Positions 38,805 through 51,404 of a stretch of DNA of 64,000 bases are shown here, piece after piece. Under the pieces are notes generated by a model. That model had not been told where the DNA came from, searched no databases, and saw only the letters and a program-made list of their open reading frames with translations. Source of the DNA: the human T2T-CHM13v2.0 reference genome, Homo sapiens. The stretch lies in NCBI RefSeq assembly GCF_009914755.1, contig NC_060936.1. One strand, given 5' to 3'. The first letter of the stretch is position 1. Every line of letters starts with the position of its first letter. The position numbers and the translations under genes were made by a program.

Positions 38805-40009
38805 CATAGTTTTTCACTTGTGGGAGATATTCAAAGATTTGCCTTTAAGCCTGAACCTGGAGAGCACCCCAACAAGACCATCTCAGATTTACTATTTATT
38901 TTTCCTGTGGTCACAGGGCAGGAATGAAAACACCTGTGGGATTTGGGACTAGAACAATAATTACTTCTCAGTCTTATCTCCAGCAGCCAGAAGAAAACAT
39001 CTGCTTTTTTAATTCTGCAGAGAAGGGCAGAATTAAAACTGTCTAGGGACTTCCACTGTATCTCTGGCACAGAGAAGGAAGGGAGGAAGGCAGGCAATAA
39101 CATTTCCGGTTTAACTGAATGAAAAGTTAACGCAAATCAAATTAGTGAGGGTGAAGCCTTGGCTTTAAAGTTTAAACCTAAATAGGTCTCATTGCTCTTC
39201 TTGAACCAATGGATAGATGTTGGCAAAAGTCCCACTAATTCTTTGATTTGTTTAATAAAAGTCATTTTAAAAAATCAAATGGATCACTGGGCAGGAATTT
39301 GACCAGAAACACCTTCCAAGTGATAATTAGCTTGCCAATTTTTCTCCGAGTTTTATGTTAGCATAAATATTCATGACACATTCCCCATCAAATTGTAAGT
39401 TCTTCAGGAAACAGTTATCAGTTTAAGAAGAACATGAATCAGACTGATAAAGCTAATTGGTTAGGGTTCTTTTTTCTCCTTCATTTTAAATAAAGCTGTC
39501 GAAGGTTCCCAGGGTAATGAAGAGCTTTGTTGTTATGACAACTGCTTATTCCTTTCCCTTTGAAGAAGCTTGTGATGTGATAGGCAACACATCAGGAATA
39601 ATGAAAACAAATGATAAGCGAGATACATCCGCTTAGAGGAATAAACCAGCACAAACCTAAACCATTTTACTGGTTTTCAGTTACTGTTTTCATGGCATGA
39701 ATTTTATATAGTCTGAGCTGGTCATTTGTGCCAATTTTCACTGTTTCTTTATCCAAGAATTGTGTTACTCTGGAGGATTTAGACATGTACTGAGATTTTT
39801 TTTTTTTTTTTTTTTTTGCCTAGTGCTTCTCCCTGTCCAACCTACTCTTTTCACAGACTGCCTGAAATACAGGAAGTGATGGTTTGTCAAGGTGATGGTA
39901 CACACTTGAAAATGATTGAGAAAGCTCTCTTAGTTTACTTACTCTGATTTCTTCAAGCAAAAGGGAAATTGCACTATGGCTTTAGAGCTTACCCCCTGGA
40001 AACATAAAA

Positions 40010-40225
40010 CAGTATTTGCTTGTTTTGTGCCAGGCACTTTCACATTCCTTTCCTCCTTTAACCTGTGCAACAACTCTGTGAACTTGACATTATCTGTTTC
40101 AAAGAGGAAGAATACATTTCCACATTTCCAGAAAAGTCCAAAGAACACGCCCAAGGTCTTCTGGCTAAAAGCAGATACGTAGGAATTCAAACTCAAGTCT
40201 TTTGATTCCAATTGGTCTTTGCATG
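40010..40225 (-). mobile_element. MIR
   Basis: TGTGCCAGGCACTTTCACATT...CAACAACTCTGTGA...CCCAAGGTC...GGAATTCAAACTCAAGTCTTTTGATTCCA. Confidence 0.75.
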
Positions 40226-40782
40226 ATGCTGTAGCTGAGAAAAAAAGTGGATTTGAATAATTAAGATATAACAGCTAACTCTTAACTGAGGTAAGCTACT
40301 ACTCTAACTCCTCCTCATTTTTTTGCTAAACACTTAGCCTAGCTAATCTAATGCATTTTTCCCCTCCAGCTCCAACTCATGAACCTTTGGGGATTATGAA
40401 CATTTTATGGATAAACACAGATTCTTTTTTTTTTAATGACATAGGCTAAGATATGTTTCTTCACATGTAGTAAGGATAAGTTTTGTGAAATGTTTATTTC
40501 AGTTTATATATACTCATGTATAACTGGTTGTAAGTCATGGCCTAAAAAGTTTGAGAACCACCTCTCTAATACTATCATTGTCTCCCTGTTGATTCTCTAA
40601 TTTCATTTTACTTCTATTTTCCTGCCTTTTTTGATGTCAGATAGACATGAAATGTGCTAGGGAGAGATATTTGTCTTTAATAAATGGTCACTGCAAAAAC
40701 AGGCTTGGCTCCTCTCTGTAAAAAAACTTTTTGAAAAGTATGTTGTCCTTCTTTCATGGAATTAAAGATTCTGTTCTGCCAT

Positions 40783-41133
40783 TGTCTTAGTTCATTGGGG
40801 CTGCCATAATCATACCTTACACTGGGTGGCTTATAAACAACAGAAATTTATTTCTCACCATTCTGGAGGCTGAGACGTCTAAGATCAAGGCACTGGCAGA
40901 TTTGGAGTCTAGTGAGGGCCCACTTTCTCATAGACAGCCATTTTCTCACTGTAACCTCACATAGGGAAGGAATGAGGGGTCTCAGATCTCTTTTATAAGA
41001 CTGCTAATCCTGTTCATGAGGGTGGAGCCCTCATCACTTAATCTCCTTCCAAAGGGCCCACTTCCCAAACTGTCACCTTTGGGGTTAGAAGTTCAACATA
41101 TGAATTTAAGGGGCACACATTCAGATTATAGCA
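40783..41133 (-). mobile_element. MLT1A0-type MaLR solo LTR
   Basis: TGTCTTAGTT...CTGGGTGGCTTATAAACAACAGAAATTTATTTCTCAC...ACATTCAGATTATAGCA; TSD GCCAT / GCCAA. Confidence 0.92.
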
Positions 41134-41419
41134 GCCAATCATGAGGATCAGGGAACTAAGTCTTCAATGAAAATGATGCTATGGCCAACTGAGTCAAATT
41201 GCCATGTGTATATGGACAAGCATCGCTCCTCCATATATTCTGTTAATGTCTTCAGTTTTACTGAAGGGTTCCTGGGGCTTAACTGCTGCTATTCTTGGAA
41301 ATGGCCACAGAGAATTAGGAAGGAAGTTACATGAGAAGAATGGATATCAAAGTGTATTGATTAGATGTACAGATAGAATGTCCTTCTGTGAAGTATAATT
41401 TTCAAAAAATATTTAACTT

Positions 41420-42340
41420 AAATACCTCAACCTTCCAGATCAAACCTACAATGTAGGGAAAATACAGATGATGGAGACACAAGCTAAACAACACCATAAA
41501 GAAGTAGACAGATCCAGAGTGTGACATACCCTAAAAAGACAAATTGGTCAGGATTTTCTGAAAAGGAAATGTTGTGGATAAAAAAGAAGTAGGGGTTAGG
41601 TCCTAAATTAAAAGAAGCTAAAGAGACAGTTAACAACCAAATGTAATGAGACCTCTTGGAAAAAAAGTTTATAAAAGTTATTTTTGGTATCATTGAAGAA
41701 AATAAATATGGACTGGATATTAGGTATTATGGAGTTATTATCAATTTTTTAGGTGTGGTAATATGGTTATATAACAGCATGGCTTTATTTTTGGGATATG
41801 GATGAAGTATTTAAAAATGGAGTATCATATCCATAATCTGAAACTTACCCTCTAGTGATTCAGTTATCTGTCTGTCTGTCTATCTATCTATCTATCACTA
41901 TCAACTATCTATTTATCTATCTATCATCTGTCTATTATCTATCATCTATCAAGAGAGATAGAGGTAGGTTAAGCAAGTGTAGGCAAATGTTAACAACTAG
42001 AAAACATAAGTTAATAATATCTGGGGTTTGTTTGGTAATATTCTTATAACTTTTTTGTAGGTTTAAAAGTTTTTAAAATAGAAAGTTCGGAAAACAAAGA
42101 ATATGTATTATAAGATTCATTTATATAGAGTTCAAAAATAGTCAAAAATAATCTGTGGTGTTAGAAGTTACCTTTGAGGAGGACAGAAGGGATTGTGATT
42201 GGCAGGGAACACAGATGAGGTCTGGGATTGTTTGATTCCTAACTTGGGAAGTGATTACATGGGCGTGTTTCATTGAGATAGATCACTGAGTCTCATACTT
42301 ATTATTTGTGCATATTTTATACATATTTTGCACTTAAAAA
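41420..42340 (+). mobile_element. L1MC/L1ME 3' fragments containing a (TCTA)n tract at ~41866-41950
   Basis: AAATATGGACTGGATATTAGGTATTATGGAGTTATT...TTAGGTGTGGTAATATGGTTAT; later ATATAGAGTTCAAAAATAG...GTGATTACATGGGCGTGTT. Confidence 0.7.
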
Positions 42341-43414
42341 GACAGAGTAGAGAATTAACATTTTAGAAAACCTTATTTCTACTGGGATGAAATTTGGAAA
42401 GGGTAGGTAAAATGCTGGACTAATGTAAAGCTGTGTCTGTGCTTGGGCAAGGCCTTCAGAAATCTCTTGAGTTTTGGGAAATAAGGGCTTCAGTTAAATT
42501 GTATAGCTTCTGCATATGTTAATTAAAATATTTTGCCCTTAAAATTGCTTACTTAGATGTAAAATAATTACAATAATTAGAAAATGATTATTGCTTCAAA
42601 TGTTGAACTTGAAAGCCCTGTTAGCCGTGTATGCTTATCATAGCACTTTAAGTTCACTATTATACGGTAGTGTTACAGGTATTTCTGTAAGAGTTTTACA
42701 ATAAGATCCAAAATACTGTATTTTTTATGATTAGAGAATGTGGGCTCTATCTGCCAAAGGTGATGGTAGTGCAATACAATCTAGTTAATGGGCAAAAATG
42801 GATTTCTTTTAAATGGCATCTCTCTAAGCTTTTCATTTTGGGTTAAGAAGAGAATGAATAATTCTCCCACTTTCTACTACTCCCCTGCCACCATGAATGA
42901 TTGCAGGTCTACTGAGTGATGGTTTGAAACACATTCCTTTACAGGGGAATTCTCTGCTCAAAGGCAGTTAAGTCCTACAATGGATGTATAAGTTAGCCTT
43001 AACTGATATAGCAATTTTGTATGTATTATGACAATTTTTGGGAAGTAAAATTCCTTACAGTTACCTGGTATTGTCTACTTTCCTCCTGATACATTCATCC
43101 CTTCATTCATTCATTTATTTAATGGAGTCTTCCTTTTAAATGTAAGTTTTATGAGGGTAGGGACTTCATCTATTTTATTCACTGCTGAATCCATAGTACC
43201 CAATACCTGGCACATAGGTGTTGCTCAGAAACTGTTTGTTAAAATAATGAATGGGTAAATGTGCTTTGAGCATCTACTATGTGTCCAAAGTTATTCAGAG
43301 CTTAGAACAGAGAGGAGAATTAGAGATTGAGACTTGATATGAGTGGAACGGCAAACTCTTTTGTCTCTCTGGATTTTAAGGAATTTCAGCTAAAAGTCTT
43401 ACATTCTCAACTCA

Positions 43415-44075
43415 TGTATTAGTTAAGTTAATGCTAGCTGCTGTAGCAGGAAATCCCTAAATCTTAAGGGCTTATCATGTCAGACACTTATTTTCACTAA
43501 AATAACATTCAGTGCTTTTGGTTGGTACTAGTTCAAGTGGAGGAGGGGAGGGCAGGCTCTGTGGGTTGCAGTTATTCTGAGACTCGACTATGGAGGCTCT
43601 GAAACGCTCACTACAAGGCATCTGAGATCACTTTGATCAAGGATATCCAACTGGCAGAAGACAGAGGATAGAGAAGGCACACTTGCTTCTTAAACATCTT
43701 GGCTGGAAGTGATACGTATCACTTCTGCTCACATTCTGATGGTGAGAACTAATCACATCCTTTCCTTAACTCCTACCCCATATGCAACAGGGGCTGAGCA
43801 GGTATGGCTTTATGGTCACGTGACCTGTGCAGGACAGGGCCCCACACTTAGAAGGGTTCCATGTTTGGTTTAATGCTCTGCTATTACCACTTGAAATTCT
43901 TAATACATATATTTTTAAGGAGGGGTCTGCATTTTTATCATCTTTATTTTGTACTAGTCCGCACAAATCATATAGCAGAGCCTGAGGCTTTAACAGGGCA
44001 GCCCCTTCTCAATATCATCTCTACCTTATGGAAGATGATCATGAATATTTGGCAGACAGCCAGTAATCTCTGCCA
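43415..44075 (-). mobile_element. MLT1J/I-like MaLR LTR interrupted by MER53
   Basis: TGTATTAGTTAAGTTAATGCTAGCTGCTGTAGCA...GGAAGTGATACGTATCACTTCTGCTCACATTCTGATGGTGAGAACTAATCACAT. Confidence 0.75.
43799..43984 (+). mobile_element. MER53 hAT element
   Basis: GACCTGTGCAGGACAGGGCCCCACACTTAGAAGGG...TTGGTTTAATGCTCTGCT...TTGAAATTCTTAATA...CACAAATCATATAGCAGAGCCTG. Confidence 0.85.
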
Positions 44076-44474
44076 CCCAAGTTTAAAATTTCCATGTTTG
44101 AAACATATGAGTCAATATCTTAAAATATTCATTATTTAATAATCCCCAATAGTCAAATGAGAAGAGTCAAAATGAAGTGCTGGTAAACTTAATGCTTTTC
44201 CGAATCACAGAATGCCACCAGCTCAGCTAGTAAAAAATTGTAACAGGGGCATATCGTAATAGATGGGCATCTTCTGCACATGGCCCTGTGAAAAGGCAAC
44301 ATGGCGCAGATATATGTGACAACTGTAACCACATGCCAGTTTTTCTAGTACTTTGGCTTAAAGAAATATTGAATTGAGTATACATTATATGTCTATGCTT
44401 GGGATACCACAATTAAGATAGACCAAAAAAAAAAAAAACCCTGATTCATAGCACTTATATTTTATGCAATTCTT

Positions 44475-47260
44475 TTATATTTTAAAAACAGCTTTATAGA
44501 AATGTAATTGACATACATAAACTGCCTACATTCAAAGTATATTATTTAACTTTCATTTAAATATAATTTAGCATATGTATAACCTGGTGACATCCTCTCC
44601 CTACCTTATTTAATCCCCAGACAACCATTGATCCACTTTTCATCAATATAGATTTCATTGTATTTTCTGGAATTTAATATATGTGTACTGTTATTTGGGG
44701 TGGCTTCTTTTTCTCAACATTATAGTAATAGTAATTTTTACATTTTGGATTCAGAGGATACATGTGCAGGTTTGTTTCATGGATATATTGTGTGATGATG
44801 AGCTTTGGGCTTCTAGTTAACCCATCACCCAAGTAGTGAACATTGTACTCAACAGGTAATTTTTCAACCCTCACTCCCTTCCCAACATCCCCACTTTTGG
44901 AGTCCCCAGTGTCTGTTATCTCCATCACCATGTCCATGTGTACCCACTGTTTTAGCTCCTACTTAAAAGTGAGACCATGCAGTATTTGGTTTTCTGTTTC
45001 TCTGTTATTTCACTTAGGATGTTGTCCTCCAGCTCCATCCATGGTGCTGCGAAATACATAATTTCATTCTTTTTATGGCTAGTATTCCATGGTGTACATA
45101 TACCACATTTTCTTTATCCAATCAACCATTGAAGGAAATTTAGTTGATTCTATAACTTTGCTACTGTGAATAGCACTGTGATAAACATGTGATGCCAGGT
45201 GTCTTTTTGATATACTAATTTCTTTTCTTTTGGGTAGATACTCGGTAGTGGGATTGCTGGATCAAATGATGGTTCTACTTTTAGTTCTTTGAGGAATCTC
45301 CGTACTGTTTTCCATAAATGTTGTACTAATTTACATTCCCACCAACAGTGTAAATGTGTTGGTGGTCCGCATTCTTGTCAACTTCGTTATTTTTTGACTT
45401 TTTAATAATAGCCGTTCTGACTGGTGTAAGATGGTATCTCATTTTGATTTTAATTTGCATTTCTCTGATGGTTAGTGATGTTGAACATTTTTTCATATGT
45501 TCGTTGGCCATATATATGTCTTCTTTTGAGAAATGTCTGTTCATTTACTTTGCCTACTTTTTAATGGGGTTATTTGCTTTTTTTCTTGTTGATTTGTTTG
45601 CGTTCCTTATTCTGGATATTAGACTTTTGTCAGATGCATAGTTTGTTAGATTCATATGTCATATGCATATTTTATCCCATTCTGTAGATTGTCTGTTTAC
45701 TCTGCTGATTGTTTCTTTTGCTGTGCTCTTCAGTTTAATTCTCATTTGTCTATTTTTGTTTTTGTTGCAATTACTTTTGAGGTCTTTCTCATAAGTTCTT
45801 TGCCTAAGCCAATGTCTAGAAAAGTTTTTCCCAGGTTTTTTTTTTTTCCTAGGATTTTCAGTTTCAGGTATTATGTTTAAGTCTTTAATCCACCTTGAGT
45901 TAATTTTTGTATATGGATTTTGTGTAGGGTTAATTTTTATATATGATAAGAGAGTTAAATTTTGTATGTGGTAAACCTTTTGCTTAAGGCTAGCCAGTTT
46001 TCCCAGCACATTTATTGGAGTGTCCTTTCCCCATTGTTTATTTTTTTTGACTCTGTCGAAGATCAGTTGGTTGTACATATGAGGCTTTATTTCTGGGTTC
46101 TCTGTTTTGTTCTATTGATCTATGTGTCTATTTTTGTACCAGGACTATGTTGTTTTGATTACTATAGACTTGTAGTGTATTTTGAAGTCAGGTAATGTGA
46201 TGCCTCTCGTTTTTTCTTTTGCTTAGAATTGCTTTGGCTATTTCAGCTCTTTTTTGGTTTCATATGAATTTGAGAATTGTTTCTCTAATTCTGTGAAAAT
46301 GACTTTGGTAATTTGATAAGAATTGTATTGAATCTCTAGATTGCTTTGGGTAGTATGATGATTTTTAACAATATTGATTCTTCCAATCCATGAGCATGGG
46401 ATATTTTTCCATTTGTTTGTGTCATCTACAATTTCCTTCATCTGTGTTTTGTAGTTCTTCTTATAGAGCTCTTTCCCTTCCTTGGTTAAATGTATTCCTA
46501 GGTTAAATGTATTACTAGCTATTTTATTATTTTTGCAGCTATTGTAAATGGATTTGAGTTCTTGATTTTGTTCTTAGCTTGAGTGTTGTTGTGTAGAAAT
46601 GCAACTGATTTGTGTATGTTAATTTTATATCCCAATAATTTACTAAGGTGATTTATCAGGTCTAAAAGTCTTTTGGAGGACTCTTAAAATTTTTCTAGGT
46701 ATAAGATCATGTTATTAGTGAACAGAGATAATTTGACCTCTTCTTTTCCAATTTGAATGCTTTTTATTTATTTATCTTGCCTGATTGCTCTGGCTAGGAC
46801 TTCCATTATTATGATCATAATTATCTTGATATTCGTTCCTGTTGGTACATATATCAGTAGTTCATTTTTTGTATTATTGAATAAAACTTCTTTGTATGGA
46901 TACTTCACATTGTTTGCCCATTCATTTATTTGCTGATGGACATTTAGATTGTTTCCAGTTATTGACTATTACAAATAAAGCTGTGAACATTTGTGAAGAG
47001 TTCTGTGGATATAGGCTTTCATTTCTTTTATATAAATACCTGAGAGGAGAATGGCTAGCAGGTGTATGTTTAACTTTTTAAGAAATTGTTAAACTTTTTC
47101 AAAGTGGTTGTAACATTTTACATTTTTCTGGCAGTGTACAAGAGTTCCAGTTGCTCAACATCATCAGTATTTTTAATTTTGGACATTGTAATAGGTATAT
47201 ACTATATTTAATTGTGGTTTTAATTTGCATTTCCTTAACTACTAATGTTTAAGATCTAAT
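44475..47260 (-). mobile_element. L1MB/MC 3' region split by a younger L1 insertion
   Basis: AACAGCTTTATAGAAATGTAATTGACATAC...CCCAGACAACCATTGATCC; resumes after ~46815 with TGATGGACATTTAGATTGTTTCCAG. Confidence 0.8.
44735..46810 (-). mobile_element. 5'-truncated L1PA16/17-like element (3' UTR plus decayed ORF2 C-terminal region)
   Basis: 3' end GATTCAGAGGATACATGTGCAGGTTTGTT; ORF2 remnants [11 protein letters not shown]..., KINSRWIKDLN, KWKNIPCSWIGRINIVK with frameshifts. Confidence 0.93.
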
Positions 47261-47475
47261 ACATTTTTATTATTTTCGCTTTAAGTGCTATTTTTTGGGG
47301 GGGGGATTTTAATAATAATAAAAAGATGTTATATTTAGCTACATAGTTTCTAATGCAGTATTTCAGCTTTGTGCACCTAAATGAGTCTTTATTTTGCCTT
47401 CATTTTTTGGAAGATATTTTTGCTGGGTATAAAATTCTAGATTGACAATTTTATTCTTGTTATTAAAAAGTACTG

Positions 47476-47766
47476 GGTTGGGTGCAGTGGCTCACACTCA
47501 GCACTTTGGGAAGCCCAGATGGGGAGATCACTGGAGGTCAGGAGTTCGAGATCAACCTGGCCAAAATAGCAAAACCCTGTCTGTACTAAAAATACAAAAA
47601 TTAGCCAGGCATAGTGGCACACACCTGCAGTCCCCCCTACTTGGGAGGCTGCGGTAGGAGAATCGCTTTAACCTGGGAGCCGGAGGTTGCAGTGAGCTGA
47701 GATTGCACCACTGCACTCCAGCCTAGGTGACAGAGTGTGACTCTGTCTTAAAAAAAAAAAAAAAAA
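47476..47766 (+). mobile_element. AluS (Sx/Sz-like)
   Basis: Dimer with poly-A; TSD-like AAAAGTACTG / AAAAGATACTG. Confidence 0.93.
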
Positions 47767-47884
47767 GATACTGTTCCACTATCTTCCTGCTTGTCTTGTT
47801 TCTAATAAAAGGTCTGCTGTCATGTTATCTTTGTTCTTCTGTATATAATATGCTTTCCCCCACCTCTGGATACCTTACAACTTT

Positions 47885-48200
47885 TTCTTTTTACTTTTTT
47901 TTTTTTTTTTTTTCTGTGAGACAGGATTTGGCTTTGTTGCTCAGGCTGGAGTGCAATGGTGCCATCATAGCTAATGCAACCTCAAACTCCTGGACCCAAG
48001 TGATCCTCCCACCTCAACCTCCCAAGTAGCTGGGACTACAGGCACATACCACCATGCCTGGCTGATTAAAAAAAAAAATTTGTAGAGATAGGTTCATGCC
48101 ATGTTGCCCAGGCTGGTCTTGAACTCCTGCCCTCAAGAGAGCCTCCTGCTGTGGTCTCCCAAATCACTGGGATTACAGGTGTGAGCTACTGTGCCTGGCC
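47885..48200 (-). mobile_element. AluJ
   Basis: J diagnostics ATCATAGCT...CCTCAAACTCCTGGACCCAAGTGATCCTCCCACCTCA. Confidence 0.93.
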
Positions 48201-48505
48201 AATTTTAAAATTTTATCCCTCATTTTGACCAAATTAATTATGATGTTCCTTGATGTATTTTTTTAAAATTTTTATTGTACTTGGGATTCATTGAGATTCT
48301 AGGATTTGTGGGTTTATAGTTTTTATCAAATTTGGAAAAAAATTGACCATGATACCTTTAAATGTTTTATCTGCCCTTTCTCTTTTGTAGACACCAATTA
48401 CACGTATATTAAGCCAGTTCAAGGTGTCCCACAACTCACAGAAGTGCTGTTCATTTTTTTAGCCTTTTTTTGGTGTGTGTGTGTTTTTTTTTAATAATTT
48501 CTAAT

Positions 48506-48871
48506 AGTATTAGTCCATTTTCACACTGCTGATAAAGACATACCTGAGACTGGGCAATTTACGAAAGAAAGAGGTTTAATTGGACTTACAGTTCCACATG
48601 GCTGGGGAGGTCTCACAATCATGGCAGAAGATAAGGAGGAGCAAGTCACATCTTACGTGGATGGTGGCAGGCAGAGAGAGAGCTTGTGCAAAGAAACTCC
48701 CGTTTATAAAACCATCAGATCTTATGAGACCCATTCACTATCATGAGAACAGCATGGGAAAGACCTGCTCCATGATTCAATCATCTCCCACCAGGTCCCT
48801 TCCACAACACATGGGAATTACGGGAGCTACAATATGAGATTTGGGTGGAAACACAGAGCCAAACCATATCA
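48506..48871 (-). mobile_element. THE1B solo LTR
   Basis: GTATTAGTCCATTTTCACACTGCTGATAAAGACATACC...GGAGCAAGTCACATCTTAC...AAACCATATCA; 5-bp TSD CTAAT at 48501-48505 and 48872-48876. Confidence 0.94.
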
Positions 48872-49534
48872 CTAATTCTGTGTCTGAAAATTCACTGATA
48901 TTTTCATGTCCATCATCTCATATGTTGTTGTTGCCATGTGTTGTATTTTTCATCTCAGTCATTGTAGTTTTAGTATCTAGAAATTTGATTTACATGTTTT
49001 TATATTTGCATGTCTTTGCTCAAGCTTTCCTCTAACTTAGTGAACACATGGACTACTACAGTTAAAATAACTGTTTCAGTGTCCTTGTCTAGTAATTCTA
49101 TTACTTGTGCTATTTCTGGGCAGAGTTCTATGATGGGGTATAATTCTTTTACACTCCAGGGAGAACCACTGAAGACTTTCAGACCTCTCTTTGTCTGAAG
49201 CTCTCTCTTCTCTGGTACTCTGCACTATGAATTCTGGTTGCCTTGGCCTACAGAGACTTTTAACTCTGTTTCCTCAATTCAGGAACCCTTCTGGGCTTTT
49301 CCTGGGTTTTTCTTTCTTGTCCTACAGCCTAGCACTCTCCAGTAAGTAGGTTGGTGCATTCATAAGACTCGTATCATTTCTTTCCCGTCTCTCAGTGATC
49401 ATTGCCCTTAATTTTCTGGTATTCAATGTCTTGAAAACAACCTTCTCGTATATTTTGTGTATTTTTTTCAGCCAAGGGTTAAGTCTGATTCCTGGTATTC
49501 ATCTTAGCTGGAAGTAGATGTCTCTATGTCATTC

Positions 49535-49930
<396 letters not shown>

Positions 49931-51404
49931 TAATGAGGACTGCAAATTCCTTGCACATAGTTGATAATAAATGTTACACAGATTAATAGATACAGTACTG
50001 TGTTTGGAGGAAATACTTCTGAGGAGAAATACAAATGAGGACGACAAGCAGGATTGCATATTTGCCTTCTTCATACAAATATTGTTGGTGGGGATAGGAG
50101 AAACAGAATCTTCAGTGAGGTCATTTGCCAAATACTGCTGCTTTTGAAAGCAACAGTGGCAAGTGCGGATTTCAGTGAAATGAAGGATTACTATTTGGCA
50201 AGATGGGAACACTTCAATTTTTCATTCTAATGTCTTCACAGGAATAAAAGAAAATACATTTCAGCAGATACTAAAAAAATGAAGTGAAATTTATAGTGTC
50301 TACTATATAAAATATCTTTGGATTGAGATATACAGTTTGTGAAATAATGTCATAGCACTTCAAACACCAGTTTCTTGTTGTCCTGATTGTACCCTGAAAT
50401 TTCCTCTTTTCACCTATGAAACAACATTCAATGTAGTGATGTTTGGGGAGAGCCCAGTGTGTCAACACAGAACATTATATTAGCTGGGTGTAATGAGGAA
50501 TCTTGTGGCCTGAAATAGGAGACTGCTGTGCCTATCAGCATTACTGTGAGCACATTATTCTCCACATAAAGCTGGGGGCCACTGTGAGTTTGAAAAGAAA
50601 AAACATGGGCTAAGCCGACTGAGTATTATATAATTCTTGAAACACGAACTGTCCTGCACTTTTCTTTAAATCCACTTAAGTACCTGCAGAGCTTTGAAGA
50701 GGGATTTTAATGACTTAGTGCAAGAACTGTGTGTAGAATTAGCATGTTTGAAGATTTTTTTCCCTCCTGCTTTAAACTATTGAATAAAGGACACAATAGT
50801 TTCTAGAATGAGATATTGAGATATGTGGCTTATCGACATAGCAAAAGTATGTACTGCGAGGACTGTTTTAGACCATGGGAATGTAACTTTGTTATTGTCC
50901 CTTACAGGGGCTTCCTCTCCACTGACTTCTGCAACATGGCCCATGTCACTGAGCTGGCAACCAAGAGGGTGAGCTAAGACCATGGTTTCTGTATAGTGGA
51001 TGAGAGATACTGGAATCTACTCTTATATGTCTTTTCAAATTAAAATAATTTTAATTACTGCTATATCATTTAAGAATTCTGTCTCTGCTACACACAGACA
51101 ACATGAGATGGCTGCAAACATCCTCTGGTACATCCCAAATTGTCCTCCCCTTGCCATTCATCTGCTTTTGTTAAATTTTGCTATCCCATTGTCTTCTCAA
51201 CATGCAAATATTCCAGAGAGAGTTATCACGGATTTCACAAGGACGGTTTGTATCAAGTCACTTTTCCTGTTTCACAAGAGAGACTGGTCAACATGAAAGG
51301 CTTGAGTGCCTTGGGAGAGGGAGAAATAATAGAAGGGATGAGGAAAAGGAAGGCAAGCACCAAAGATATCTCCTACTTAAGAATTTTGCCAAGGAGCAAA
51401 ATAC

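Larger units (their letters stand above)
47350..49520 (-). mobile_element. Old L1M (MC/MD/ME) body, interrupted by two Alus and THE1B
   Basis: TTTATTTTGCCTTCATTTTTTGGAAGATATTTTTGCTGGGTATAAAATTCTAG; TTTTTATCAAATTTGGAAAA; CTCAGTGATCATTGCCCT. Confidence 0.7.

Noticed and set aside
43706-43725. Palindrome GAAGTGATACGTATCACTTC
   Set aside because: The MLT1 consensus is already quasi-palindromic at this position.
45326-46441. ORFs with reverse-transcriptase-protein-like peptides
   Set aside because: Frameshifted L1 ORF2 remnants in a 5'-truncated, inactive element.
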